From the NCBI RefSeq assembly GCF_018977255.1, contig NW_024704743.1:992001-1056000 (forward strand): a DNA stretch of 64,000 bases. Reading direction: 5' to 3'. The position numbers and the translations under genes are program-made. The stretch is from Callorhinchus milii. Its lineage: Eukaryota. This document shows, in pieces, positions 49,911 to 62,860 of this stretch (position 1 is the first letter of the stretch; every line of letters begins with the position of its first letter). The notes beneath the pieces are model-generated. The model saw only the letters and a list, made by a program, of their open reading frames with translations. It did no database searches and had not been told where the DNA came from.

Positions 49911-50907
49911 CTGCACCAAAATAACCATGTCAGTGAGACACAAATCAACATTGTCACAACACGAGCACAACGAGGGTGTAACACTAGCTGGTGATTTGAG
50001 TCCCAGACTTAAACAGATTCAAGAGACACGTTCTATATTCTCTCCGCCTTGCCCCCGCCTCCCCCATCTTCCCGGTCATGCCCGAACGCCTTCCTCTTCA
50101 ACCGGCCTTAAAGTCACCGCCCCTCTCCCCCACCCCACCTCCAACTCGGCATCCTGCTCCGCCACTCTCAAACACTCTTGAGACGCTGAAACAACCACTT
50201 GGATTTATATAGCGACCTCCATGGCGGACGGCGTCTCAGAATGCTTTACCTGTGCGAGGGGGAAGTTGTTGTTGTTGTTCCTATTTACTTAGAGATAAAT
50301 TGAGTGTATTCTTTAAAAGCATTTGCTGCTCTGTGTTCAGATACCAGGTGCGCTCGAATTTATAGGATCAGGAAACATTAATTATGGCCAGAAAAATAGA
50401 AATTGGGTCAATGTGAAATAATATACAGCTGATACAATACACACAGTCAACTGTGTGTTTTGTGGGTGAAACTCGGCAGCCAATTGCGCACAGCAGCGTC
50501 GCACAAACAGTTGTGAATCGAATCACCAATTTTATTTTGAGGGATTATTATCCCCGGAAAGCAATCGCGACTCGACTAACAACCGGGTTGCTGCTCACTG
50601 CTAAGTAACCTGCGGAGTGAGGAAACTTGTGTAAGGTTTCGCACCACCCAAGAATTGAACCCGGTAAGAACATAAGATTTGCTGGGAAAGAAGACCAACG
50701 TCCATCTAGTTCGCCTTCCCCCATCCTGTCAGTCGCTTGACATGTCACGTCACAAATTATGTACGGTATCCTGAGATATTATTTTCTAGCAGAAACCTAT
50801 CTAATTTGTTCTTGAACAGCAAATGGACATTTTCTGCTTCCACCGTCTGTCTCCCAAGGGAATTTTCGAAGCCTGAGCTCAAAACTGTACTAAAATAACG
50901 TGCATAC

Positions 50908-51174
50908 CTTGGATGGTAACCTTGGCGCTGGCTGTGTCACTGCCTACATCACAGGTATATATTCCAGCATCGCTTTTGTTCAAGTCGTGGACTATAAGGC
51001 ACAATGTCTTTCCAGCGTGCAGCAGCTCATATTTATCGCTTGATCCAAGGACCACCTCATCTTTTTTCCAGACAGGATTCACTTTGGGTTTAGAGACCTC
51101 ACACTCCAGTGTGATCATTCCTCGCTCATCCCCATTGGCATCGTCCAATGATTTCATGAAAACCACTGGCTTTT
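50908..51174 (-). CDS. OBSCN: Obscurin Ig exon (267 bp)
   Basis: KPVVFMKSLDD...DAGIYTCDVGSDTASAKVTIQ. Confidence 0.95.
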
Positions 51175-51991
51175 CTACATTAAGGTACATAGAGATAAAT
51201 TCATTTGAACATGTAACTAACTCACTGAAGAAAACGGCATCTGTGTGTTGAAAGAAAAATAATAATAAACATTGCATTTGATGTGGCTGCTTATCACGCC
51301 TTTGAGACGTCTCAAAACACTTCACAGAATATACTGTAAAGTGAATTGATTGGATGTTTTGTGGATGGAACACGCAGCCAATTACGCACAGCGAGGTTCA
51401 GTTAGTTTTGCAATTTGCATTTAAATCCCACGGCACTCAATGCTGGTGACAGCACAGCTCAGCCTTGGCTCATCGGCAGGTCCTGGAAGGGCCGACCAGT
51501 CACTCGGGGCAGGGAATTCTCCCCCTCAGCTCCTGTTAACCCTGCAGCCAAAGCCCTAACGGGTAGGGTGATCCCAGCTGGACAAGCAGTGGAAAAGTTT
51601 GCCAGACAGCAATATCAATGGCAAGCTATGTGTGGTTTTAGCTGGTTAGACTCCAGCAGTTATTCCAACACGCACCCTGGGCTCCCCAAGTCTTGGCTCT
51701 TGCAAATGCGCCTAATACTTTCCGGGAATTAGGCAAGTAGGATGCTTCCCTCCAGGGAGAGAGAGAGAGAGTGCACATTCCATTAATCGATCTCTGGAAT
51801 TCCCATGTGTACGTGGGATGCATGGAATTCTCAGTTTGGTTTGGGTGGGTTTCCGCACGTGATTTGTATTTATGAGATTACAGAACATTTGCTTTGAAAT
51901 ATACTCGACAGCAACTGAGTCCAGGTAGTTTGCCCACACGAGTATCCTTTTCTCTCTAAACAGGCAATCGAGGGTTTGCTTGCTTGCTTAC

Positions 51992-52258
51992 CTTGAACTT
52001 TCAGCTGTGCTGTTTCTGTCACATCTCTCACTTTCAATTTAACTGTTCCCGTGTCATCAGGAGTGACCCCTTTCAGAATTAGCTTGTGTGTCTTTCCTGC
52101 TTTCTGTATCTCATTGAAGTTATTGGAGAACAAGGTAGTATCATTTAGGTACCACTGAACTTCCTCGTCATCATGAGACAGCTCGCATGAAAATACCAGA
52201 TTGCTTTCCTCCATAGTCTCCACATCTTCCAGATGTTTCACAATTTCTATTTTTCTGG
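51992..52258 (-). CDS. OBSCN: Obscurin Ig exon (267 bp)
   Basis: RKIEIVKHLED...CELSHDDEEVQWYLN...TAQLKVQ. Confidence 0.95.
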
Positions 52259-52564
52259 CTGTAATTACAAGTTTTGATATTGACAATTAATTATCATTTC
52301 TTGCCTTAAATATACATCATAGAAAAAATAATAATAATAATGCTTACATTTGATATAAAATGCTTTTCACGTTAGGACGTCTCAAAGCACTACGCAGGAT
52401 ATCATGTGAAGTGTAATGATTATGTATTTTTGGTAGGCAAAGGTAACAATAATCCTTGCATCTCATATAGTGCCTAATACTTGAGACACCTCAAAGCATC
52501 TCACAGAATATATTGTAAAGTGGATATCAGACAAACAACACAGATTGTGAGGAGTGAGTCTTAC

Positions 52565-52831
52565 CTTCCACGATGAGTGCCCCTGAGGTCTTGGCGTTAT
52601 TCGACTGGCAGCTGTACTCGCCGGAGTCTTCTGTCCTGAGGTTTATAATGGTGAGTTCGATCACGTTCTTATCTTGGCGGATTTTGTATCTGTCGGACGA
52701 CTCGATCAGACTCTGGTCCTTGTACCACCTGACCATCTTGGGAGCAGGTGTAAACTCACAGCTCAGAGTAGTAGAAGTCTTCTCCTCGGCCCGAATATTC
52801 TTAAGCTCTCGAACTACCTTTGCTGGAGGCT
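52565..52831 (-). CDS. OBSCN: Obscurin Ig exon (267 bp)
   Basis: PPAKVVRELK...DSGEYSCQSNNAKTSGALIVE. Confidence 0.95.
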
Positions 52832-53600
52832 CTGAAATGCAATTATAAATATTGATAATCGTCCTTATGTTTGATATAGCGCCGTTCACGCCATGAGGGC
52901 ATCTCAAAGTATATAACAGGTGACACTGTGTAAGGTGACACTCCAGTGGAGCGCTGGGGGAATGCTGTTCAGGCGGATGTTAAAAATCCCATGCCACCTG
53001 TCGAAAAGAGAAGTGAGTTTCTCCCAGTGACTGGTCCAAAATCCCACAGATAAAACAGGTCACTCACTTCATGCCTGTGTCTGGGACATCGGGCAAGTTA
53101 GCTGCCCATGCTCACCTATAAACTCACAGCCATTACAGTGAACAGTATAGCCTGTGAAGCACTTTGAGACCGTTTGAATGTGTTACAAGGTGGTATATGT
53201 AAGGATTATAATGCTATTATATTTACTGTAAAGTTTTATGGCTATTTATATCTGGGTGAATTATGTGTGATTTTATGATTTATTCTGTAAATGCATTCTG
53301 GTACAGAGTGAAGAAAAACATATTTTCACTGATTTCAGTGCACTAAATGGTCACGATGGATTAAATGGCCTCCTCGTGTTCCTTTGTCAGATTGCAGTAC
53401 GTTTATAATAATAATACTTGCATTTGATATATCACATCATCAAGACATCTCAATGCACTTCACGGAATATACCGTACAGCGGAGGTGACTGTGTATTTTG
53501 TGGGCGAAATGCATCAGCCAGTTTGCGCACAGCAATGTCCCACAAACAGCCATGGAGTAAGTGACCAATTTTATCGGCGGGGATTGTTGGTTAAGACACT

Positions 53601-53636
<36 letters not shown>
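53601..53636. repeat. (GA)n microsatellite
   Basis: Directly visible. Confidence 0.9.
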
Positions 53637-53637
<1 letters not shown>

Positions 53638-53787
53638 CTCCCTTTTTTTTCCCCGAGTTGTGCCCTGGGAGTCTTCACCATCCACCTGAACAGGCAGACA
53701 GGACCTGGGATGCTAATTTGGATGCTAATTGTTATAGGTTTGGAAACCATCGACAGTGAAAGCTGTGGACATGAGAGGTCTGAATAC

Positions 53788-54057
53788 CTTTAATTGTCAG
53801 CCTGGCCTCAGATTTTGATTTGCCTGCAGTGAACTGCACCAGGCCAGTCATCTTGCAGTCTGTCTTCTTCAGAATCAGGCGGTGAAGGGTGCCCTCGTGC
53901 TCAATGACAATGTCTTCAGCGGCACGAAGAAGTTCACCATTCAGGGTCCATTTAGGAGGCTTCACTTCCGCAACTGAAAGCTCACATTCGTACCTGGCCT
54001 CACTTGGTTCTGTTACCTCTGCATCGCAGATCTGTTTTACAATGGCTATTGCTTGCT
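53788..54057 (-). CDS. OBSCN: Obscurin Ig exon (270 bp)
   Basis: QAIAIVKQICDAEVTEP...GKSKSEARLTIK. Confidence 0.95.
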
Positions 54058-54577
54058 CTGCAAAAGTAAAATGCAAAACATTTGCACACGTACAGTTAAT
54101 CTACAATAATAATCCTTGCATTTGATATAGCACCTTATCACGTCTTCAAGACGTCTCAAAGCGTCACTGATGACCTAGCGGTAAGTAGGGACCTGAATGT
54201 TAGTCAATGGGCAGACCACTTTCCGGGGTACCATTCCTTCAAAAATAATAATAATTTGGTCACACAATCCACGACTGTTTGTGGGGACGCTGCTGTGCGC
54301 AATTTGCTGCCGCGCTTCTCCCACAAAATACACAGTCGATTCACTTTACAGTATAATCTGTGAAGCGCTTTGAGACATCTCAAAGACATGAAAAGGCGCT
54401 GTATTATTATTATAATTATTACCTCTTGGACTCTGTTCATGGTCACCTCTCCCTCCCCTTTTCCCTCGGAGGTCCAACCCTGCTACCGTGCACGCTATAC
54501 TGTGCGCCGGTCACTATGTAAATGCAAGTTGTTGTTGGAAGCCAGTAGTCGACAGTTCATAGAAAGATCATGATTAC

Positions 54578-54844
54578 CTTCTACGTTTAGCTGTGCTGTG
54601 GTTTTGTCATCGATAGCATCACAAGCGTAGCTGCCTTCATCTTCGAAAGCCACGTTATTGATGACAAGCTTCCTGTACACGTCTTCACTCACGACCTCAA
54701 ACTTCTTACTGGGGAGAATCTCTTTTCCTTTGCGATACCACTTGACTGTAGCATTGGCCCTGGAAACCTTACATTCCAAAACCACACGATGTTTCTCCAT
54801 GGCAATCTTCTCTCGCAAAGGTTTGACAAATTTAACTGGCAATT
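54578..54844 (-). CDS. OBSCN: Obscurin Ig exon (267 bp)
   Basis: LPVKFVKPLREKIAMEKHRVVLEC...TAQLNVE. Confidence 0.95.
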
Positions 54845-55233
54845 CTGAAACGGAGATAAAGACAAATGGTTTTGTACCTAAAGTACAAACATGTGAGATC
54901 CACGACTGTTTGTCGGACGCTGCTGTGCGCGATTGGCTGCCGCGTTTCATCCACAAAATATGAAGTCAATTCACTTCACAGTATATTCTGTGAAGCGCTT
55001 TGAGACGTCTCAACGACTTGATAAGGTGCCATATCAAATGCAAGCATTATTATTATATCAGCATTACATTATATTATTACTAGTCAAGAGTTTATTGATG
55101 TAGTTAGACCTCTTCTCTCCAAATAAACCAAGACTCCATGGGTTAAAGAATACACGGTATCAGCCAGATGTCTTCTTTTTACCCTTAAGACATGTATTTC
55201 TTTAATCGTTGCTGGTACAGGATGTGATCTTAC

Positions 55234-55338
55234 CTTTTATTCGAAGACAAGCCATGGAAACAGCGCTCTCAGCCACAAATTTGATCTCAGCAGCATCTTC
55301 AGCTTTTACTGATTTAAAAAGCAAAATATAGGTCCTTC
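55234..55338 (-). CDS. OBSCN: Obscurin half-Ig exon (105 bp; not in the ORF track)
   Basis: cag acceptor, gtaaga donor; RTYILLFKSVKAEDAAEIKFVAESAVSMACLRIK. Confidence 0.9.
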
Positions 55339-56189
55339 CTGCATGTAAACATTAAACACATTGGATTTTAGCCTTCTGCGACCTTCAAATTTACTGGCAG
55401 ACCTGAGGCTCAAAAGTCCTCGTATTTAATGCCCATCTTATGATCACTGTTCCCCTCAGCTCCCACCCCCAGCTCATGAATGAACTTTCAGACATCCTCC
55501 CGACACGAAAGGCGCTGTTGAAATGTAAATTGTATTGTCTTGTGTACAATTCAAGACCATGTAATATTTTGGGGAATTTATCAGCATTTGAGTTTGAATA
55601 CTCTGGTTTTAAGGTTAAGATAATTCGATATCCAGGTGTGAATATTGTATTGGAAATTGACAAAAGTCTCATCTCTAACCAGCCCTGGAAACTCTAAACT
55701 TTTTTTATTATTGTTACCTTTTCATCGGCTGCAACAACTTTAATAAGTTGGTTCCCACCTTCCAAAGTGGGTGTGAGCAGTTGGAAGAAAAAGGAAACGT
55801 CAGTGGAAGCTTTGTGAATGGAAATAGCTTTTTTTGAACAATTGAAAACCGGCTGGGACAAAGGAATAGGTGGAAACAGTACATTGTAAAGATTAATTAA
55901 TGCCCGACTCAGTAACTGGACTTCCAAGACGGCCACAAAGGGTGGATTTGATTCCCAATATTCCATTATCAGGCACAGAAGCCAAGAAGACATGCGTGCT
56001 TCTCCCCCCCATAGCGTACAGGTAACGTTATTTAAATGCAAGACATGAGAACAAAAAAACTACAGTATGTCAATCAGAATCTGTAGATAAAGTTCCCACA
56101 ACAGATCATCCAACAACATTCCAATTGGAAAGGCTTCAAGAAATGAAACAAAGCCAAAATTAATCTGAAAAAGCCGCATTTCACTCTAC

Positions 56190-56351
56190 CTTCCTGACGC
56201 ATTTTCACGTTTTCCCCAGCCTTCACTTTGACATCGTTCTTAAACCACTGAATGTTGACCTCGTCGTGTGAGATTTCACACACGAATGCAGCGCTCTCCT
56301 TTTCAATCACTTCAAGGTCTTTCAAGGCTTTGATAATTTTGATGTCACGAG
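56190..56351 (-). CDS. OBSCN: Obscurin half-Ig exon (162 bp)
   Basis: RDIKIIKALKDLEVIEKESAAFVCEISHDEV...KMRQE; with the next exon totals 267 bp. Confidence 0.92.
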
Positions 56352-56930
56352 CTGACAAAGCAAAGTGAAACACTCAACAACGTGTCTGTGTTACATTGAT
56401 AGTGTGACTTGTTTTTAAAAACTTTGCAAGAATAAAAGAGAAGGCAAATCTTTATCTGCTTTGACCGTGCTTTCGGTCATCATCCCACCTCCACCCCCGT
56501 TGCCCTCTATCCCCTCGACTCCAACCCCCAGCTCGGGTGCAAACCCTCGACTGCCCAGGCATCTTGGGACATCTTCCCGATGCGAAAAGCACTACATAAA
56601 TGCCAAAATATTTTTTTTTTAAAAATTATTGGCCACTTCAATCCACGACTGTTTGTGGGGACGCTGCTGTGCGCAATTGGCTGCCGTGTTTCACCCAGAA
56701 AATATACAGTCAGCTCACTTTACAGTAAATTCTGTGAAGAGCTTTGAGTCGTCTCTGAGACTTGACAAGAATCTATATCAAATCCGCACAGCCAATTGCG
56801 CACAGCGGTGTCCCACAAACAGTCGTGGATTCAGTGACCACATTTTTTTAATAAAGGGATTATTACTCCTGGAAATGCGATCCACCAAAAGTGTAAATGA
56901 TGCTTTGTCTTACAATCATGAAACACATAC

Positions 56931-57084
56931 CATGGACAGTCAGGGTGGCTGAGGACTTGTTATCCACTGCATCACAAGTGAATTGGCCTTGGTTTTCATA
57001 TCCGCACTTCTGAATTATAAGACTCTTCTTCCTTCCTTTGGAGAAAATGCTGTATCCTTTTCCCGGCTTAATCTCCACATCATC
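56931..57084 (-). CDS. OBSCN: Obscurin half-Ig exon (154 bp, phase 0-1)
   Basis: DDVEIKPGKGY...FTCDAVDNKSSATLTVH; gtatgt donor. Confidence 0.92.
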
Positions 57085-57698
57085 CTGCAGAAGAATGAAG
57101 GGTAATGGTGATGCATCAGCTGATTTTCAGCAGGAATTCATTTAAAACTTAAGTACCAAAGAGTTGAGATAAGATGGAGGAAAAAAGACGACAGAAAGGT
57201 TGAGAATGAGTTCCAGCTTGAAAATAAGGAATATCAGATCTGCAGTTGTATGTCTCTCCAAAGGTTCATGTGGTTTGGGATGTTAGTGGAGTGCCTCACA
57301 GAAGGAATAATAATAATTCTTACATTTGATACAGCGCCTTATCACATCTTCGAAACATCTCAAAGCGCTTCACAGGATATATTGTGACGTGTAGTGACTG
57401 TGCATATTTGTGGGCGAAACGCGGAAGCCAATTGCCTCACAAAAGGCAATATTGGTAACAGAGAGGGGATAAACTAAGGATTGTTATGGGAAGGTTTCCT
57501 GTGTCAGAAATCAAAGGGATGAACCTACAGAGTTGTGCCTGTGATGTCTCCTTTTCATCATATCGCTTTAGCTCTCCTGCTCTTGTTTTTTTTAACCATC
57601 TTTCTCTTCCTTCTCTTTACCCTTCTTTCTCCCATTTCTTTCTCTTTCCTCCCACCTTTCCTCCAATAATGAAATGAATTTCCTCTGGTGACTTTTAC

Positions 57699-57811
57699 CT
57701 TGAACCATTTAACATCCACAGTAGACCTGGAGAGTTCACATTCAAAGATGACTTTCTCTTTTTCTGGAACTTTGATGTCTTCTAAAGCTTTGGTAAAATT
57801 CACAGGGAGCT
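57699..57811 (-). CDS. OBSCN: Obscurin half-Ig exon (113 bp, phase 1-0)
   Basis: LPVNFTKALED...CELSRSTVDVKWFK; with the next exon totals 267 bp. Confidence 0.92.
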
Positions 57812-58433
57812 CTGTTAAAAAAAACACATACCGAAAGTATAAGAAAAGCAAACAAAGGAATGAAATGCTAACAAATTTAAAGCACAGGAAGGTTGATTTT
57901 AGGGAATACCTATTCAGACCACCAACAAGAGGGTAAATAATAATTCTTGCATTTGATATACCGTCAAAACTTTTTTTGCAGATATTTGCTATCAAAAGAC
58001 TGCGTATTTGTGGAAAAATGCAGAAGCCGGTTTGCACGCAGGAAAGTCTCACAAACAGTAAATGATCTATATATCTGGAACATTGTTAGCCGGGTCAACG
58101 GATCTCTTTCGCCACACTTTCAGTCATCTATCCCTTCCCCACTCTCTTCGGCTCCCACCTGCATGAACAGATAAGCGCTCTGAAATGTCCTCCCAACTTG
58201 AAAGTTGCTATCTAAGTGTAAACTGTATCTTTAACATCCACCTAACAAACAAGACAGGAATTCGGTTTAACACTTCATCAGTAGGATGATCTCCCCCCAG
58301 AACTTCACTGAAGTGTCAGGCTGGACGATGAGCAGTGCAGGTTCTAAAGTGCAGCTTGAACTCACAATTTTCTGACCCAGAGTTGAAAATGCAACCGACT
58401 GAACCAGACAGACATCTAAAGGTTCCCTTTTGT

Positions 58434-58760
58434 GGAGTCCTGTAGGGTTCGATTCCCGGGCAGGGCGAAACGTTAGGTAACTTTCCTTACTCCACACGCC
58501 TCTGTTTAGCTAGCAGGAAGTAGGAACCTGGTTGTTAGTCGATTGGCGGATCGCTTTCCACGGGTAACTATCTCTTCCAAAAAAAATTAAATTATTATTA
58601 AATGGTCACTCAACCCACAACTGTTTGTGGGACGCTGCTGTGTGCAATTCGCTGCCGCATTTCGCCCACAAAATACACAGTCAATCCACTTTACAATATA
58701 TTCCGTGAATCGCTTTGAGACGTCTCGACGACTTGATAAGGCGCTGTATCAAACGCTAGG
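58434..58760 (+). mobile_element. tRNA-derived SINE, same family, internal deletion in the head
   Basis: GGAGTCCTGTAG joined directly to GGTTCGATTCCC; body and tail match the family. Confidence 0.8.
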
Positions 58761-58949
58761 TCTGTCTTTCAATGTTTGTGCTCCAGTGTGGCTACATTTT
58801 GCTTACAGCACATTTCAGAAGCAAATATGGCAGCAGACGCTGACTGGCAGAATAATTCAGTCATTTTCTCATCCACCGGATGTGAAAAAAAATATTTCAG
58901 AGTCAAAAAAACATCCGACGTTTGAATCTCCAAAAGTAAATGCAAGGTT

Positions 58950-59282
58950 AGTCCTGTAGCTCAGTGGTTAGAGTACTCGCTTTGCGAGCGAGAGACCTGA
59001 GTTCAATCCCAGGCAGAGGGCGAAACCTTAGGCAAGTTTCCTTACTCCACACAGAGCCTAATAATAATCCCTCCAAAAAACCAAAAAACAATAATAAATT
59101 GGTCATTTTCAATCTACGACTGTTTGTGGGACATTGCTGTGTGCAATTGGCTGCCGCGTTCGCCCACAAATATACAGTCAATTCACTTTACAGTGTGTTC
59201 TGTGAAGCGCTTTGGGACGTCCTCTCGACGTGAAAAGCGCTATATCAAAATGCAAGGATTATTATTATTATTATATTATTAT
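58950..59282 (+). mobile_element. tRNA-derived SINE, same family
   Basis: GTCCTGTAGCTCAGTGGTTAGAG head through to the (TTA)n tail. Confidence 0.85.
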
Positions 59283-59314
59283 AGTATAGAGTATGTGTTT
59301 GGTGTAGGGTTTAC

Positions 59315-59581
59315 CTGTTACAACAAGCTTTCCAGATGTACGTATCTCTTCTGCCTGGAAACTGATCTGCCCTGAGTCTTCAATCTTCAAAGCAGATAAG
59401 GTCAGTGCATGCTTTTTGCCCAATGTGGTGGTTCTACAATTGGGTCCAGGTTTCACTCTTATACTGTCCTTTAACCAGGTGCCTTCCACATCCTCATGGG
59501 ACAACTCAACTTCAAAAGTGCACGTTTCTTTCTCATGCACCTTCACCTCCTCCAACTTTTTAATCAGCTGGATTTTTCTCA
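59315..59581 (-). CDS. OBSCN: Obscurin Ig exon (267 bp)
   Basis: AG/GT boundaries; RKIQLIKKLE...EVELSHEDVEGTWLKD...SGKLVVT. Confidence 0.95.
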
Positions 59582-59969
59582 CTGAATGAATAAATTAAAG
59601 CGATTAACATTCCAACCAGGAAATTATTTCTAAGGCAACAACAACAATTTACAGTTTGTATAGCGCCTTTCCCAACAGGAGGGCGTCCCGAGGCAATGTA
59701 AACAACAGTGAAAGTTTCACCCACAAAATATACAGTCAATTCACTTTACAGTATATTCTGTGAACGGCTTTGAGATGTGCTGACTACGGTGATAAACTAC
59801 TCTGTCAAATGCAAGGATTATTATTATAATTAATAGATTGTACAATAGAAAGAAAGATGAGAGTCCATGACTTTTCCTATAATGAGAGCTCACTAGGGAT
59901 GAGAATTCCACTGCTTAGTAAAGTTACCGATCTTGAAAGGCGCTATAGAAATGTAATTTGTCATTATAA

Positions 59970-60305
59970 TTTTATCACTCCCTCCTCTTGGCAGACCCCG
60001 GCTGTTTCAGGTCCCTCGCACTTCCCGCCCCACCATTGGTGGTCGGGCATTCAGCCTCTCTGCCTCCACCCTCTGGAACTCTATCCCGCAATCCCTCCGC
60101 CTCACCTCCTCTCTTGCCTCCTTCAAATCCCATCTGAAGAACCTTCCTCTTCGACCGTGCCTTCGGCCGCCACCCCCACCCCCTCTGCCGTCCTCCCCTT
60201 CTGATCCCAATTCCCAGCTCGGATCCAACACCCCTGATTGTCCAGCGCCCTGGGATGTCTTTCCTATGTGAAGGGCGTTACACAAGCGTCATTTGTTGTT
60301 GTTAT
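59970..60305 (+). mobile_element. L2-clade LINE 3-prime fragment (others near 1520-1755, 4215-4480, 34270-34720, 42610-42840, 47905-48170)
   Basis: TTCAGCCTCTCTGCCTCCACCCTCTGGAAC...TTTGTTGTTGTT shared with the other L2 copies. Confidence 0.8.
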
Positions 60306-60319
60306 AATGTGATACTTAC

Positions 60320-60586
60320 TTTCAACGCTCAGTTTGGCCTTTGTCTTTTCATGAAGTGTCTCACAGGAGTAAAATCCACGGTCAGCAAAGCTCACATTTT
60401 TGATGGTAAGCGTCTGTTTGCTGCCGTCGACCTTTATGTCTACGTTCCCATCGGGCTGAATGACAACGTTGTTTTTTATCCATTTCACTTCGCTACATGG
60501 TTTGGTGAGCTCCACTTCGAAGACGGCATTCTGCTTTTCTTCAACAGTCATGTTCTCCAGCTTCTTTTTAAACAAGACCGGAGCTT
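60320..60586 (-). CDS. OBSCN: Obscurin Ig exon (267 bp)
   Basis: AG/GTAAGT boundaries; APVLFKKKLE...FADRGFYSCET...AKLSVE. Confidence 0.95.
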
Positions 60587-61043
60587 CTGTTACAATAAAA
60601 TAACACAAGATTGGTTCAGATGAAGAAAGCCCTGCAGCGTATCTGATCTCATCCTTCCATCGCTTAGAGTAGTGGTTAGAGCGCTCGCCTCGCAAGCGAG
60701 AGGATCTGGGTTCAATTCCCGTGCGGGGTGAAAGCTTAGGCAAGTTTCCTTACTCCACACGTTTATCTAGCAGTAAGTAGGAACTCAGCTGTTAGTTGAT
60801 TGGCGAATCGCTTTCCAGGGATGATAATAATCCCACAAAAGGAATTTGGTCACTCAATCCACGACTGTTTGTGGCACACTGCTGGAGTCACAAAATCCCA
60901 GGAAAGTCCAGTCCTACCTGGGTGCACAGCACTTTCCTTACAAGACATCTCTTTTAAGAGTGAACCATTACGTTAATAATCTGTGTATTGTATTAATCAA
61001 GGTGCTTGCTACAAAACCGTTTCCTTTCATAATCATTTCTCAC

Positions 61044-61313
61044 CTTGAACCTGCAAGGCGGCTGTTGTTTTTGCATTTTCAACTTGTGCAGAAATTTCAC
61101 ATGCATCGTCCAGTGCGAGCTTTGTGATGGTCAGACCGCGGTTCATTCCTTCGCATGATACGAGGTCCTTCTTACTTGGCTCAATCTTCACTCCGTTCCT
61201 GTGCCAAGTGACTGCGGCCTCCTCGTGAGAAACACTGCATTTAAAGATGGCGTCCTCTCCTTCCACAGCCACCACACTGTGGAGTTCACTTGTAAACTTA
61301 ATAATCTTTGGAG
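61044..61313 (-). CDS. OBSCN: Obscurin Ig exon (270 bp)
   Basis: AG/GT boundaries; PKIIKFTSELHSVVAVEGEDAIFKC...TTAALQVQ. Confidence 0.93.
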
Positions 61314-61595
61314 CTGCTCAGAGTGAAACAAATTGCATTGATGATCAATCTTGTCTTTACAACTAGTAACATGTACACAACACACATTCACACACTCCAC
61401 CAACAAAATGTACCATCGCAGTCTCTTGTGTCAATTTTGCTCAATTTGGAGCACTCTCCCCTTTGGATCAGTTGGTTTAAGATCCTTGAGTTTAAAATGG
61501 CTTGTCCTCACCTTTAAATGGGGGGTGAGGGAGAGGGAATCTTTTGAAACCTTTATGTGAAAATATAAATTAAAAAATCAAGGGAGTAGTATTAC

Positions 61596-61862
61596 CTTTA
61601 CTGGTCACTTTAGCTGTCGTAACGTCATCCTTTGATTCGCACAAATACTCCCCCTCGTCCTCAGCAGTAATGCCAGTGATTGTTAACCTTCGTTTGTGAC
61701 CCTCTGACTGTATTTTTAATCTGCGGCTCGGTTTGATTTCAATTCCATTTCGTCGCCACAGAACGTCACCCTTCACTTGGTTTAATTCGCATGTGAGCAC
61801 AACTGTATCGTTGATCAATGCATTTACGCTTTGTAGTTTCTCTTTGAACAGAAGAGGCAACT
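61596..61862 (-). CDS. OBSCN: Obscurin Ig exon (267 bp)
   Basis: AG/GT boundaries; LPLLFKEKLQ...DEGEYLCESKDDVTTAKVTSK. Confidence 0.95.
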
Positions 61863-61904
61863 CTGCAAAGAAAACAAACTGTTATAATACATAAAATCTG
61901 CGCA

Positions 61905-62290
61905 TCAGCCTGGTTCAGTGGTAGCACTCTTGCCCCACATCGGGACTTGGTACCATTATCGTCTGGGCTAACGCTCCTATGCACGACCGGGGTGGGGTGG
62001 GGGATGCCATCCTCCAGATTAGATATTAAACCGAGGTCCTGTCTGACTGTCCAGGTGAACGTTAAAGATCCCATGGCACTGTTCAAAAATGAAGCAAAAA
62101 TGTCTGGCCAACAATCCACCCCAGTTAAAAAAATTGTTCACTCACTCCATGATTGTTTGTCGGACACTGCTGTGCGCAAATTGGCTGCCATGTTTGTCCA
62201 CAAAACGCACAGCCATATCCAGCTTACACTTTATAGTGGATCCTGTGAAGCCTTGTCACGTCTCAACAACATGATAAGGCTCTACATCAA
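61905..62290 (+). mobile_element. DeuSINE-like SINE (related fragments near 40650-40900, 52940-53200 and, on the minus strand, 53570-53710 and 49340-49445)
   Basis: Deu-domain-like core TTAAACCGAGGTCCTGTCTG...GTTAAAGATCCCATGGCACT...TGGCCAACA, recognised from memory. Confidence 0.65.
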
Positions 62291-62590
62291 ACATGAATTT
62301 GCCCTGCATCAAACGCGAAAGCCAATTTGCACACAGCAGTGTCCCACAAACATCCATGACGTGAGTGAGTGACCAATCTTATCTTTTAAATCTGAGGGAT
62401 GTGTGTTTGAAAAGGGAATTTCCCTTGGTGTCCTGGCCAATATGTCCTGGCACCAGATTTTAAATGACCAAAAACTAGTGGTAGTTACTGCCACGTGAAG
62501 TGAATTCTTTGGTGTCAAATACGGAAGCTATTTGCACCGGTAAAAGTCCCACAAACAGCTATTGCACATTATAGCTGTATAGTTACTGAC

Positions 62591-62860
62591 CTGTGACCTT
62601 GATGTGGAATGTCAGTTTCTCTCCAGCTGCCTCACAGACGTATTCACCTCCATCCTTGGACTCCACGCTCTGAACGACAAGTTTTCGAGTTTTGCCCTCG
62701 GATTCCATTTTGATTTTCTTACTGATCGTCAGCGCTTTGCCATCTTTGAACCACTTGACCTCAGTTTTGGACTGTGACACTTCACAGCTTACCGTGGCAC
62801 TCTCCGACTGGTGAACCTTTACCTCCTTTTGAATTGAAGCGTTATTGGCAAATATTGATT
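62591..62860 (-). CDS. OBSCN: Obscurin Ig exon (270 bp, phase 1-1)
   Basis: AG/GT boundaries; SIFANNASIQ...CEVSQSKTEVKWFKDG...EYVCEAAGEKLTFHIKVT. Confidence 0.95.
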
